Assembly: GCA_951406725.2 (NCBI GenBank)
Contig: OX597827.1
Coordinates: forward strand, 67,704,001 to 67,768,000
From: Octopus vulgaris
Lineage: Eukaryota
DNA length: 64,000 bases
Reading direction: 5' to 3'
This document shows, piece after piece, positions 13,850-28,881 of the stretch. The notes below the pieces were generated by a model. The model saw only the letters and a program-made list of their open reading frames with translations. It made no database searches and was not told the origin of the DNA. Positions within the stretch are counted from its first letter, which is position 1, and each line of letters opens with the position of its first letter. Made by a program: the position numbers and the translations under genes.

Positions 13850-14628
13850 TAATATCAATTTCTACCCTCATTATTTAATTTCTATATATATATATATATA
13901 GAGGATGGGGGGGGAGAGACAGACAGACAGACAGAGGGATAGAGATAGGTACTTATAGTTATATGAATGACTTACCGCAGTAAATATTTATCATAGAAAA
14001 TAGTTACATAAAATAATAAAATACCGCAGACCTAAGGTCAATTTGTTGTTCGATTATTCACATAATAATGATAACTTTATGTATATAGACGCAACACAAA
14101 TATCTAATTAGCTAATACGTTTTCCAAAAATCCTCTGAGAGGCTTATATCTATATTAAAATTGTAGAAAGGGAAAATGGAATCATCCGATACGTGATCAG
14201 TTAAACCATATCCTTCGATACGGGGGTGCCTGAATAGGGGTGGTGAAGAACTCCCACGATTGCAAATTGAAGTTCAGAAATGTAATATACAGTATAGCGT
14301 GTCAAGAACAATTGTTTTCACACCTACCCAAATTTTGGAGAGAGGCGACAGCTGTTGTGTTGGTGAAATGTTTAATGTGAAGTGAAACAGCTACATTAAT
14401 GGGAAACTTTCATTTACATATTTTAGTGACAAGCGGTAGATAGCCAAGGTAACTGAATCAAGCGATTTAATGAGGGTATCATTTAATCTATCTATCTATC
14501 TACCTACCTATCTACATTTATAACCCAACGCTAAGACAGGCAACTGAATCAGTCTACATAGACACTATGGATTTAGTATTTACCTAGATTAAGGTGTAGC
14601 AATACAGCTCCTCATCCTCTTAGATCAT

Positions 14629-14729
<101 letters not shown>

Positions 14730-15220
14730 ATATATAATAAATATATGCATATGAACATACATATATGTACATACCTACATATATATGTATATATTCATGC
14801 ATATATGGATACAGGACATCAAAAACAAGCGTTAAACACAATGAGAAGCGAAAGCGTAAAAACAAAAACATAGAAACGAACTTTTTTTCGAACAACGAAA
14901 AAAACAAAGAGAGAAATGAGACATGCAACATAAAGAATATTCCCCGTCTTCAGTTGTCCTTCTTTCATCTACTCCGCGTACGAAGGCAAGGAAAATACGC
15001 GACTTCTTGAAACAGTTCTTCCCGCAAAGCAAATTAAATAAAATATGGGATTTTATGCAGAGGGTGAAAGTGGTAACAAGAACAGGACAGTGAGAACAAA
15101 ACAGTAAAGACAAGACAATAGAAAAATTATTATGAACGCTAGGAAGACGAGCTTATCAAGGAGACAGTGTAAGCACGCTTTGTCTTTACGAAGGTAGTGG
15201 GCAGAAAGATAGATTCTCAG

Positions 15221-15320
<100 letters not shown>

Positions 15321-15357
15321 CACACAAGAAAAATAAATATTATTAAAAATGATATTC

Positions 15358-15562
15358 TTTTCTTCTCTAGATTGTAGGCCCGAAATTTCGGGGAGGGGGC
15401 CAGTCGATTAGATCGACACCAGTACACAACCGGTACTTAATTTATCGATCCCGAAATGATGAAAGGCAAAGTCGACCTCGGCGGAATTTCAATACAGAAC
15501 GTAAAGACAGACGAAATACCGCTAAGCATTTAGCCCGGCGTGCTAACGATTTTTCCAGCTTG
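15358..15562 (-). mobile_element. SINE-B with tail type 2
   Basis: Reverse-complement body and head match the other copies. Confidence 0.85.
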
Positions 15563-15567
15563 TTATT

Positions 15568-16018
15568 GCTCTCGGACCGGGATGAGTGTTGGGTTCTTAA
15601 GCAAGACACTTTATTTCACGTTGCTCCAGTTCACTGAACTGTAGAAATGAGATGCGACGTCACTGGGGCCAAGCTGTATCGAGCCCTTTGCCTTTCCCTT
15701 GGATAAGAGCGGTGGCATGGAGAGGGGAGGCCGGTATGCATGGGCGACTGCTGGTCTTCCATAAACAACCTTCACCGGAGAGTAACCTTCTGGGTGCAAT
15801 CCCATGGTCATTCGTGACCGAAGAGGGTCACCGCATATAGATCGGTAACCACTACACGCATTTTTTCTCTCCTTGTTTTTTTCTGTGTTCCTTTCTGTGG
15901 AAGAGCGTAGGCCCGAAACGTTAAAGACTTTTCAATTCCCGAGCGTTATACTAATACATCTGTTTGTTTTCTACACCACCTGTCTTTGTCTTTTGTTTTT
16001 TTCGTGAATTCTCCCTAT
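15568..16018 (+). mobile_element. SINE-C body joined to a hammerhead-bearing pLTR-like repeat (family H1)
   Basis: agcaagacactttatttcacgttgctccag body. From about 15833 it matches 23942-24119 and the reverse complement of 62635-62830. Confidence 0.75.
15891..15926 (+). ncRNA. Minimal type I hammerhead-like motif, core CUGUGGA
   Basis: cttt CTGTGGA a gagc-gtag-gccc GAAA cg TT aaag. Confidence 0.55.
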
Positions 16019-16182
16019 ATATATATATGATATACATACATGAATATTTAGATAGATAGATAGATAGATAAATAGATACAAACATACATACATACATACA
16101 TACACACATACATATGCATGCATGTCTATATATCTATACATCTATACATAACTATATATTTTTACACACACTACATATATAT

Positions 16183-16310
<128 letters not shown>

Positions 16311-16490
16311 GTATATATATGTGTGTGTGTGTGTATTTCCATATACATATATGTATACCGAAAGAAGAGAAAACAGACATAAGTCATGCAAACATCCACA
16401 TATAAATATGATATACATATGCATAAATACATACACACATAGATATATACATGCATATAGATATGTATATATATATATACATTTATACAT

Positions 16491-16570
<80 letters not shown>

Positions 16571-16706
16571 ATATATATATGCAAATATATATACGTACAA
16601 GAGGCATAATTACATATTACGTATTATACATGCATGTGTGTGTCTCCATGTGTATGTGCACATAATCACGCGCGCAGTACCATACATAAATACACACAGA
16701 CACACA

Positions 16707-16760
<54 letters not shown>

Positions 16761-17763
16761 GCAGAACACATTATAAGCAAGATTTGGTTTGTTGTTCTCA
16801 TAATTCTATGTAAAAGACAGAAATAATCTAAGCAAAACAGAACCCCAAACATGAAACCTTGAATTTATTAGCATTGACCGCTCGAGATTTAGTCACACAT
16901 CACTGGATTTAGCAGGAAAGGAAGTTCTGAGGAATGGCTTGGCGTCTACTTCAAACATAGAATTGGTAGCTTTATCCGGGTTGTGGGAACGTTACACGAG
17001 TATGGACTAATATGTATATGTACATACATACATATGTAAATATATGTATGTATGTATGTATGTGTGTATGTATGTATGTATGTATGTATGTATGTATGTA
17101 TGTATGTATATGTGTGTGTATGTGTTTGTGTTTGTGTGTGTATATGTATATATATATATATGTATATATATATAGAGAGAGAGAGTTAGATTTATTTATA
17201 TATACACATATATATACTTACATATAAACATGAATCTATGTATATTTCCTCACATAACCAAATATATATATGTATGCATGTATGCATGTATGTATGTATT
17301 TATATGTGTATTCTGTGTGTGTGCTTAACAATGGTGTAAGTGACCCGGAAAAAGTACCGGAAGGTGCTTTATCCGGGTATCACAATTCTCCAGTGAACAC
17401 ATACTGTGCGTGTATCTGTACGTGTGCGTGTGTGTGTGTGTGTGTGCGTGTGAGTGTATGTGTGTGTGTAGAAATACGAGGTCAGACGGAGAAGGTAAAG
17501 ATGAGATGAAAAATGAAGAAGAATGGAAAAGAATATGCTATGTTGAGAACTGATGAGTGTTCGTGTTATTGGACGGCCATATCCGGGAGTACTAACATGA
17601 ATAATAACTTAACACAAATTAGAATCAAATGCAATGTCTAGCATTTGTTCTCTTCCCAAATTCGCTACGTCACATAGACGTAGACAATCCGGCACTAGTT
17701 GGCAAGTGGCTGGGTACAAACTCAAGGATATACACCCATACATTTCTATGATTTATATATCGA

Positions 17764-18192
17764 CTAGTACTATGACCTGGCGTTGCTGGGTCTAGTGCTA
17801 ATCAAGCATATTTGGTCTTTCATGAAAATCCCGCTCTCTTGTCACTCACTTGGTCTAACTCGTTAATTATTCCCTGCATTTCTCAAATAAAAAAAACGTA
17901 CATGTTTGAAAACCAAAACACATGATAACGCGTCTTCGCAAAACACAAAAATGCGCAGAGCCATACAGACTGTCTGCAAATGCGCACGCGCATTCAACTG
18001 TTGGGCATAAGGGGTGGGTTTATCGATTTTTTAATGGCTTTCTGGGGTGACTGGGGAAATGAAAATATCTTCACGACCACCCTCAGACAGTTTTGAAAGC
18101 CCATAGAAAATGCGAGACTTTTACGTGAAAAACTGTGGATTTGTATAAAGGATACACAGACACACAGACATTTCGCCGTTTATAGATATAGA
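17764..18192 (-). mobile_element. Non-autonomous Helitron
   Basis: Minus strand starts TCtatatctataaa and ends with hairpin cccagcaacgccagg followed by CTAG. Confidence 0.7.
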
Positions 18193-19286
18193 AATACGTC
18201 CGTCCGTCCATATCCATCCATATATATATTCCAATTATCAGCTGGAATCAAAATTATTTGTCTTTTCTCCTTGTTTATAGGATCTGAGTTCAAATTAGCT
18301 AATGAGAGCATATCGACCAAAATTGCCTTTTTGGTGTATTGCGGTTAAAAATGATTATCTGTAAGACCTCGCCAGCTTCCAATCAAGGATAACATTCATG
18401 ACATCTTCAGAAGAACATCCATCATGTCGCATCCAGCAATTACTTCGAAACGTCCCAGCCCAAGTTGTTCTGTTTGTGATTAAGCTGGTCACATACCTCG
18501 TTCTTCAAAACATAAGATGGCGTCTGCTTTGACAGAAGAACAATCAAGAATCGAATCACAATATTACTGACTGGTCCATCTTACGCATATTTATCGTTTG
18601 GCATTGTTATTTTGCTCCAGCATGGCCACAGTCAAATGACTGAAACAAGTAGAAGAGTAAAAGAGTAACATTAATTGGTCAGTTTTCACAATTTTGTGCA
18701 AAATGATTCTGATTTCCTTTGTGAAACATAGTGGGGGGGGAGGTTCATTGTATTTTCTTGGGGTAGGGAGATAGACTATAGGAAAGTTTCAATCCAAGGA
18801 TTTGTGTGGAATATTTTCTTTTTGTCATTTCATGTTTTGGCCCTTCTTCAATTTCATTCAGAATCGTAACTAACATTATCGGTTGCAAATTTTTGTTACC
18901 TCAGGTTTTAGCCCTTCTTCAATTTCATACAGAATCACAGCTAACAGATACGATGGAATTTCGTTTCCTCATCGAGCTCTACAGATCTTCAAGGATGGGG
19001 TTAGTCCTCTAGGCTATAGTTTCCTGCTCGGAAATTCTGGAACCACCATTGACATTGGCTATAACTCTATTTTTAAAATTTTCTGAAGAAAGTGAAATAT
19101 CTCCCGAGATTCAGCTTGTAAAACTACATTAATGTACCAAACTTTAAAATTTTAAATAAACTTTGAATTTTTGAAAATTGACAACTAAACTGCAAAGTTC
19201 CCATGTATAACATGGATGTCTTGTTAATATACAAGATGCTGTTTTTGTATGCGTGCATATATGTATGTACATTTATTCAGGAAACA

Positions 19287-19595
19287 TTGTTTTGTTTGTT
19301 CCTTCTCGAGCCACGCCTGGCTCATTAGGGCCGGTTTCCCGGTTTCCTTGGGCGTATGGGTTCCCTACCTGGACTGGACGCCGGTCCGTCGCAAGTAAGC
19401 TGCTAGATGCATGAGGAAAGAGTGAGAGAAAGTTGTGGCGAAAGAGTCAGCAGAGGTTCGCCACTACATTCTGCCAGAGCTGCGTGGGGCTTAGGTGCTT
19501 CGCTCATAAAAACACACATCACACCGGTCTGAGATTCGAAGCCACGATCCCTCGACCGCAAGTCCGCTGCTCTAAACACTAGACCATGTGCCTCC
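19287..19595 (-). mobile_element. SINE-D, tRNA-derived, full length
   Basis: Head ggaggcacatggtctagtg (A box) and ggcttcgaatctc (B box), (ACAA)n tail. Second copy at 56507-56680. Confidence 0.8.
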
Positions 19596-20063
19596 ACTTC
19601 AGGAAAATAAACCCTATATATTTTAATGTTTGTTTTCTTCAATGTGTGTGTTTTTTCTGTTGGTATACAAGCGGGTTTTATATAGCTTAATCTTCTTTCT
19701 AATTTTACCAATAAACATATGCTGATGGTTGTACAGATGATTACAGCCCTGTGAATAATATGATAAACTCTCTTCGTTCTCATTCTCAGATTTTCTCTCC
19801 CTGCCTCTCTCCATCTCCCACTCTCTCTTTTTTCACTCAGTCTTTCAGTTTTCCACACAAGACACACAAAAACACTAGCATTCACTTCCTGCCTTTTTAC
19901 TCTATCTTCCATACATACATACATACATACATACATACATACATACATACATACATACATACATACAAACATACTTACATATATCTATATATATAAATAT
20001 GAATACATATATAGAAAATATACATACATACACATATGACTATATACACAAACACCTATAAAT

Positions 20064-20140
<77 letters not shown>

Positions 20141-20298
20141 ATATACATACACATACACTCGCACAAACACACACACACACATATTTATGGATGCGTATGT
20201 GTATATTTATGTACATATGCCTGTTTGTGTTTATGTATATCTATGAATATATATATATATGTTTATGTATGCATCTATAATACACGCGTGCACACACA

Positions 20299-20601
20299 GG
20301 CGCTGGCGTGGCTGTGTGGTAAGAAGCTTACTTCCTAACCACATGGTTGTAGGTTCAGTCCCACTGCATGGCACCTTAGACGAGTGTCTTGTACTATAAC
20401 CTCGGGCCGACAAAAGCCTTGTGAGTGAATTTGGTAGACGGTAACCGAAAGAAGCCCGTCATATATATATTTGTGTGTGTGTGTTTCTCTGTGTGTGTAT
20501 GTATATGTATGTATGTGTGGGAGCATGTATTTGCGTCTGTCTTTGTCCTCCCATCACCGCTTGACAACCGGCATTGGTATGTTTATGTCCACGTAACCTA
20601 G
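20299..20601 (+). mobile_element. SINE-A, 3'-truncated
   Basis: A box tggctgtgtgg, B box ggttcagtccc, internal microsatellite. Confidence 0.85.
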
Positions 20602-20701
20602 AGTTGTTTATATAGTGGTACTTATATGCTGGTGGTTCTACAGATAATTACAGAACTGTGAATAATATGCGTGAATGTTTGTATATAAATATATGTACAT
20701 A

Positions 20702-20742
<41 letters not shown>

Positions 20743-21020
20743 CTACATATATTCATATATATATATATATAACATGACTCAGCTCATACTGATAAACTGA
20801 TAAACACGTGCAAAAGCGCATTCACATAAGTCAATATGCACTTTCAAACCCGCAACATGGACCCACACACATGCACGCGCGCGCGCACACACGCACACAC
20901 ACGCACACATACACATGCACAAACATCTACAAATAGAAGTATGATCCCATTAGTGCAGAAACAAGAACACACACTTTAACAAGCGTGGGTGGTTGTGTGT
21001 GTGTATATGTATGTATGTAT

Positions 21021-21074
<54 letters not shown>

Positions 21075-21228
21075 AATGTTTGTGTGAGTGTGTGCGTGTA
21101 AGTGTGCCTGTGTGTGTGACTGCTCAAGTAGTGTGTTATTTAAACTGTGTAGTGGCCCACAAGGATCATGCAGCCTAAGGAATAGCCCGCAGAGACAGTG
21201 CTGCTGCTACTGTTGTTTGTTGTTGTTG

Positions 21229-21295
<67 letters not shown>

Positions 21296-21380
21296 GCTGT
21301 TAAAGAGGTGTATCTGTATGCACATATATGCAAGCCTGAGCTTTTGTCTGTGTGTATGTGTGTGTCGGGAGAGAGATAGA

Positions 21381-21430
<50 letters not shown>

Positions 21431-22048
21431 GTGAAAGAAGGAAAGAGAGAGAATAGTTTTACTCCTCCACATGTTATAATGAAAATACACCTTTTTTTGT
21501 ACTATAAAAATTTTTTTTTTTATTTCCTTTATGACAGTTTATATCAAGTTAGAAACAGACACATTCTTTCGTCTGTTATTGTCTCCAGATCCTTTTGGTC
21601 TCATTTTATGAATTACATAATTACGGTAGTGTACTGTCATTGCATTTTGCATTAAGCAACAAAAGATCATCGGGATGAAGTTATAAGAAACAAAATTGTC
21701 ATTGCCAGATAAAATTTCGTTTTCCGTTTTTTATCATCTAACTCCTTCATACGCTTCAGGGTTTATATTTCACACTTGCCGTATCTATGTCTAGATTTTT
21801 GTTTCATGTTTGTCTCTACTGGTGTGTCAAGATATGTCGTTGCGTTTTTTAAAACCTGCTCACTGACATATTTCCAGGTGCTAAAACAGAATGGATGCAT
21901 GTTTTTTTGGTATATTTCAAAGCGGTTCAAAATTTCTTTTCCAAAATATAATTGCTTCGGCTTCAACAGACAGTCTCAGATCAAGTCATTTGCTAAACGA
22001 GTACAACTCCGAAATATATATGCATACATTTATAAGTGCATGCGTGTA

Positions 22049-22091
<43 letters not shown>

Positions 22092-22114
22092 AATAAATAT
22101 ATGCATATATATAC

Positions 22115-22187
<73 letters not shown>

Positions 22188-22387
22188 TATATATGTGTGT
22201 GTGTATATATATATGCATACATTTATTTATGAATATATATTTATATATATGTGTATATATATGTATATATATATATATACTCACAAATTCACACAGACAC
22301 GCACATACGCATACGCTCACACATGAATCCATCCATCCATCCATCCATCCATCCATCCATCCATACATACATACATACATACATACA

Positions 22388-22418
<31 letters not shown>

Positions 22419-22761
22419 TACTATAATAGACCGGTCATTGTTTTGGAAGACAGAAACCAACAATAAAAACAACAACAACAACGACAACAACTACCTCAAC
22501 AGCGATAAGAGAAAGAATATCTTCTGCTGTTTCAAAATTGGAAACTTGTTCCTTTGTCAAGCACCGCTTCTCTTCTTTTGTTCGAAGAAATTAAATAACT
22601 TCTTTTGACAGCAGAAAAGGTCAGTTGAGGACATATAACGAAAGAAAAATAACAAAAGGTAACAAAACACTCCTTCCCACACACATACACACTCACACAT
22701 ACATCTTTTTCCATTTCGGGTGGGGAATTTTTATTGTAACCCCCCCCCCCCGCTGAATAAA

Positions 22762-22935
22762 GGTGCATAGCTTAGTTGTTTAGGGTGTTCGGTTCATGAT
22801 CGAACTCCCATAAAGACGTGAGTTCAATTCTTAGGCCGAGCTGTCCGTTGTGTCCTTTACCAAGTCACTTCATTTCACCTTACTCCAGCAATTTAGTCAG
22901 CTGTTATGAGTATCAGCTGTAATGAGTACCAGCTG
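22762..22935 (+). mobile_element. SINE-C, 5' part
   Basis: tRNA-like head with gagttcaattc, then gtgtccttt..caagtcacttcatttcac. Confidence 0.6.
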
Positions 22936-22949
22936 TAATGAGTACCAGC

Positions 22950-23200
22950 TGTCATCATCGTCCTTCGACCAACTCATGGTTGGTCGGAACTCCGTTGACA
23001 ATCCCTTTCCACACCACACGGCCTTGCATTGCTGAGTTCAGACCTCTAATATCCAGCCCTGAGTCCCGAGATATAGAATCTGGAAATGTCAGATTCCTGG
23101 AGAAAACACTTCCAAAAGAATGCCAAAAGGAGCAGGGATGAAATAACCTATTTCTCTGCTCGATGACAGTGGCCAGCAAATTGTTTAAATGCTTGACAAC
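22950..23200 (-). mobile_element. RTE-clade LINE 3' fragment (frameshifted)
   Basis: QFAGHCHRAEK then LTFPDSISRDSGLDIRGLNSAMQGRVVWKGIVN with a (TGA)n tail. Homologous to 25599-25806. Confidence 0.7.
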
Positions 23201-23271
23201 TCAGCACCATCCATTGGACGAGGGGGTGGGCGTTTTGCTCGTATATATATATGTATATATATATATATGTT

Positions 23272-23836
23272 CGCGCCAAGCAGCGTCTAGACATAAGCAA
23301 ATTTCGGTTAGTCAAAATATGTTTGTGACATATTTCAACCACTAAAAGGCAAATACTCTGCAGTTACCATGGAGAAAAACCTCTCTCTTACAGTAAAATG
23401 TGTGAAGACATCCGGTTTGTTCAGTGTCGCCATTTATGAGCAATCCCAGACATCGATGTTTCGAGTTTATTGATTCTTGTCTATGAGATCTACCTAAGAG
23501 AGGCAACTCTGAAAAAACTTATAAAGCAATAACTTTTTGTATAATTCAAGCAACATAGTTGACTGATTTGCCCGGGTAGATTGCCCGATCGGGGCCAATA
23601 ACGAAATGTTAGCGCCAAGCAGTGTTTAGGCATAAGCAAAATTTAGGTTAGTTAAAATGTGTTTGACATATTTCAACTGCTAAAAACTAAATACACTCGA
23701 ACAGATGGCGAAACTAAAACCGAGTGCTTTCACATCTTGTTACCATAAGAGGGATATTTTCTCCACTGTAATTGCAGTGAATTTGCCTTTTAGCAGTTAT
23801 AATATGACAAACATATTTTAACCAACCTAAATTTTC
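23272..23836. repeat. Direct plus inverted triplication of a ~90-150 bp unit
   Basis: 23272-23420 resembles 23612-23699 (direct) and the reverse complement of 23716-23836. Confidence 0.8.
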
Positions 23837-23979
23837 CATATATATACATGTGTGCATGAGTGTGTGTGAATGTGAGTGTATTTGGCAGGCAGAAACCGAA
23901 AGCAGCCCACTGTATACACACACACACATATATATATATATGTTCTCTCCTTGTTTTTCTCCTTGTTTTTTTCTGTATC

Positions 23980-24017
23980 TCTTTCTGTAGAAGAGCGTAG
24001 GCTCGAAACGTAAAAGA
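23980..24017 (+). ncRNA. Minimal type I hammerhead motif, core CUGUAGA, in pLTR-like repeat H1 (23942-24119)
   Basis: tcttt CTGTAGA a gagc-gtag-gctc GAAA cg TA aaaga: 5-bp stem I, 4-bp stem II, palindromic ACGT stem III, GUA triplet. Confidence 0.7.
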
Positions 24018-24117
24018 ATTTTTTTCTATTCCTGAGCGTTATACTAATACATCTGTTTGTTTTCTACACCACCTGTCTTCGCCTTTTGTTGTTTTTTTTT
24101 TTTTTCGTAAACTCTCC

Positions 24118-24161
<44 letters not shown>

Positions 24162-24267
24162 AATAGAAAAATGACATAACGTATACTGAGTATACAACCA
24201 GGACGGGAGACATGTCCCTAATTCTTCATCAGTTATCAACCTATTGATATATATATATATATATATA

Positions 24268-24483
24268 CAGGGGTTGGCCAAAAGTCGCTCGACAGTAAAT
24301 CAAAATTCCATAAATACTATCTGTAACTCTGTATTGTCGCTTAAGAAGGACTTCAGTCTGAAAATTTTTCATGGCATTTCCATATTTAGATGCTTTTATT
24401 AAATTCATTCAGTTGTTAAACATAAATAAATCTTGGAAGTAAATGGTTTTGATTTACTGTCAGGTGTCTTTTGGCCAACCCTG
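24268..24483. mobile_element. Tc1/mariner-type MITE
   Basis: ~37-bp imperfect TIRs caggggttggccaaaagtcgctcgacagtaaatcaaaa / ttttgatttactgtcaggtgtcttttggccaaccctg, set in (TA)n. Confidence 0.85.
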
Positions 24484-24510
24484 CATATATATTGTGTTTG
24501 TATGTATGCA

Positions 24511-24658
<148 letters not shown>

Positions 24659-25598
24659 TATATATATAGATATATATACATATATATATATATGTATATA
24701 TGTATATATGTGAGTATGTATATGTATATGTAAATATAGCTATATATATATATATATATATGTTTGTATGTATGTATATATATATATATGTATATATGTA
24801 TATATACATGTGTGTATATACTGTATGCGCGTGTTTATGTGTAATATATCTCTGTGTGTGTATGTGTGTATGTGTGTATCTGTGTCTGTATGTATGCACA
24901 TACACAGACACCATCTTCTTCTTCTACTTCTTCCTCTTCTTCTTCTACTTCTTCTCCTCTTTCTTCTTTTTCTTCCGTCGCTATTTAACAGTATTTAATA
25001 GCAAGAGCTAATAAGATAAATTCTAGTTGCCTCAGCAGAAAAAACCAGCGAGTCGAAATGAAGTTAAGTAATATCAAAGTTCTAAAACCACGTCACTTAT
25101 TTATTAGACATGAGATATTGATCAGAGCAAAAACAAAATCAAACAAAAACATCGTGTGAATAATGCCTAACACATTATACGAGCTGTCCGGAATAATTCA
25201 TATCCAGAGCCGTCTACTCACAATGCTATTTGTAGGATAGCTTAGACTGATGACATTATAATTGATGTTAATTTCATTTTCTGTCGTCGACTTCAAAATA
25301 AACGTCGTACAATTAGATTCGTGTTTCAAAGTTAATAAATCCTGAACCGTTATAATAATTATGTATCAAAATGCGGTAATGAAATACAGTAACGGAGTAC
25401 ATTACAGGACACAAATTTAAGAAGATTAATGATAGAATAAGTTATTAATCTTAATATTCGTACAAGGCCGCTCCTTTTTGGAGGAGAGGTCGATGAGGTC
25501 GGCCTCCATGTTTGGCTGCTAGTTTTTATTTTATTGACTTCAAAATGAATCCCTTGGTCCGGGGCTGAGTTGTTAGGGTGGTGCACTCACCAACGCAA

Positions 25599-25806
25599 TC
25601 ATCATTATTGTTCGACCGTGATCGAGACAATGGAATTTACCATGCTACGCCAGACTTCACGGTCCATCATGGCATTACGGAGATCCTGTTGCTGGATGCC
25701 TGTATCCCTGGAGATTACATCAGGGTAGGAGAGGGTGCGCCCTCTGGTATTGCGAGTAGATTGCTTCCAGAGGAGAAGAGTAGAAATTGCCTTCTTTTTC
25801 AGCTCT
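25599..25806 (-). mobile_element. 5'-truncated RTE-clade LINE with a 7-bp TSD, inserted in a degenerate SINE-C head
   Basis: AISTLLLWKQSTRNTRGRTLSYPDVISRDTGIQQQDLRNAMMDREVWRSMVNSIVSITVEQ*, (TGA)n tail, aacgcaa at 25592-25598 and 25807-25813. Confidence 0.8.
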
Positions 25807-26147
25807 AACGCAAGACTGTGGTTATGACTGCCTGGCCGGACAGTGCGTTGTGTTCTTCAGAGAAATACTTCATTTCAAGTTGTTTGAGTCCCTTCAGGTG
25901 TAAAAGTGGTTACCCTGTGGTGAACTAGCGTCACGTGCAGGGGGAGTATTGAGATTTCGATTATATATACGTGGCACTTCATCAGGTTTTACTTTCTGAG
26001 TTCAAATTCGCCGAAGTAGACTCTACCTTTCGTCGTTTCGGGAGTCAATAAAATAAGTACCAGTTGAACACTGTGGCCAATGTAATCGATATACACCTTC
26101 CCGCTCTCGCAATTGCTGGCCTTGTGCCAAAATTTGAAACTAATACA

Positions 26148-26475
26148 TCTATATATATAAAAGTGAGGTTGTGTGGTGTCTGTCTCCTACGATTTAGATT
26201 CCTAACTACTCCCACATAGTCGTGATGCATATCGAGTCTACAATTTAAAAATAAATTTACCATCATTTTTTCCCATTTTTAATGCATTTTTGGCATATAT
26301 AAGGGAAGTAACTCTCTAAAAATGTATTATTAAATCTCAGAACGTAAAAAGCTACAGTAACACGCCCCCCTTTGTGGTCAGCCATATTGAGATGGCTATT
26401 ATACTTTACATCTCTAAAAATGCTTATATAGTTATTTCCCTTACAAACCCGAGCAACGCCGGGCGATACTGCTAG
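26148..26475 (+). mobile_element. Complete non-autonomous Helitron
   Basis: Inserted at A|T with no TSD. 5' TC, 3' hairpin cccgagcaacgccggg then CTAG. Lies between SINE-B copies (about 25985-26140 and 26520-26735). Confidence 0.85.
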
Positions 26476-26765
26476 TTATATCATTATTATATTACATTAT
26501 ATTATATTATGTTATATTGTATTTGCGAATTGGCAGAATTATTAGCACGCTGGACAGTAAGGTTAGCGGTATTTCGTCTGCCGCTACGTTCTGAATTCAA
26601 ATCCGCTTAGGTCGATTCTGCCTTTCGTACTTTTGGGGTCGATAAAATAAGTACCAGTAGAGCTGTGTGTCCAATGTGAACCACATACACCTCCCCACTC
26701 TAGCAATTACTGGACTTGTGCCAAAATTCGAAACCATTATATAGAATTATATTCTGTTATACATG

Positions 26766-26853
<88 letters not shown>

Positions 26854-26862
26854 ATATATTTA

Positions 26863-26903
<41 letters not shown>

Positions 26904-26906
26904 GCA

Positions 26907-26959
<53 letters not shown>

Positions 26960-27617
26960 ATGTATGTATGTATGTATGTATAGAGAGATAGATAGATCGA
27001 TAGATATATACATACATACAACATACATACATATGCATACATACATACATACATACATACATACATACATACATACATACATACATACATACATACGACA
27101 GGTTTTTGTCCGTTTCCGTCTACAGAAATCTACTCACAAGGTGCGAGGCAGTGGGACAGAACCAGGAACCATGTGCTTAGGAAGCAAGCTTCTTACCACG
27201 CAGCCACTTCTACCTACCTATCTGTGCGTCCGCACGCATGTAAACGTATTAGTAATGTGTATTTTAGTATATTTAGTGAGATGATATCACTTTTAATAAA
27301 GCGAAAACAACATTATTTGTTTATCACCTCCCTCGCTTGTATCGGTGTCAAACTACTGCAGACATGTTTGGTTTTTATCAGTACATATGATTGAAGAATT
27401 GGAATATGATTCTGGCACTTGTTTCAAAGAGTCTATACATATATGCACACGCCCACCCACCCATATATATACACATATATATATATACATATTTATTTAT
27501 TTATTTATTTATTCATATATATATATATATATGTAAGTATATATATATATATACCTATACATACATACATATATATATACTTATATATACATATATCTAT
27601 CTATCTATCTATATATA

Positions 27618-27648
<31 letters not shown>

Positions 27649-27958
27649 GTATGTATTATGTGTGTGGGAGATTACAAATATGTTCATTTATTTGTGTGGG
27701 CGTAGGTGTAATATATACATGTATACTTGTACATATATATATGTATATATATGCATGTGTATGTATATAAACATATGCATATATATTATTTATACACACA
27801 CACGCAAAAACACACACATAGATATAATATATGCATGTATATATATATTTATATGAAGTGGAAACAGGGTAAATAATAATATTAATAATAATAATAATAA
27901 TTTCTATTTCAAGATCTTTATTCTTACTCTTTGTTGTTGTTGTTATTATTATTATTAC

Positions 27959-28028
<70 letters not shown>

Positions 28029-28041
28029 TATTATTATATAT

Positions 28042-28166
<125 letters not shown>

Positions 28167-28263
28167 CACAAATAAATGTGCATAAGTATATATGTGTGTG
28201 TATATCTATATATGTACGTATGTATGGTGAAGATTTTCTTTTTTTTTTTTTTTAGCTTTCCAG

Positions 28264-28332
28264 ATAAAAGTCAACCGCCGCAAAATCTCTACCTGGATCA
28301 GTTAAAACGTACGGAGATTTCAGTAAAGGGAG
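28264..28332 (+). CDS. Candidate 69-nt symmetric phase-1 coding exon (unverified)
   Basis: Long poly-T tract then ttagctttccAG acceptor and GGAG|GTAAGG donor. One open frame: (D)[22 protein letters not shown]. Confidence 0.3.
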
Positions 28333-28760
28333 GTAAGGTGCGCAAAAGAAAATGAAGTGGAAACAGGGCAAATGATAATGTTAATAATAATAAGAATAAT
28401 AACAATAATAATAACAATAATAATAATGATAATAATAAAAGCAACAACAACAACAACAACGATAGCACGAACAAAAACATGGAAAAGGTAAATACGAATG
28501 AGAAGATTAAAGAGGAATATATAGAAACACCCTGAGTAATTGTTTATTTTATTTTTTTTTAATAAAATGGTTGAGTCAACTCATCTTTTTTTTCCTCTCA
28601 GATTGTCGGTTAGGTTTGTTTGGATTTTGTTTGGTTTATCAGTCACATGAGGTATATGAACATATATTATATATATATATATATATGTATGTATATGTGA
28701 ATCTATCTATTTATCTATCTATCAATCTATCTATCTATCTATGATCTATCTATCTATCTA

Positions 28761-28796
<36 letters not shown>

Positions 28797-28841
28797 TACA
28801 CATATATATATATATATACACACACACATATACATGCATGC

Positions 28842-28878
<37 letters not shown>

Positions 28879-28881
<3 letters not shown>

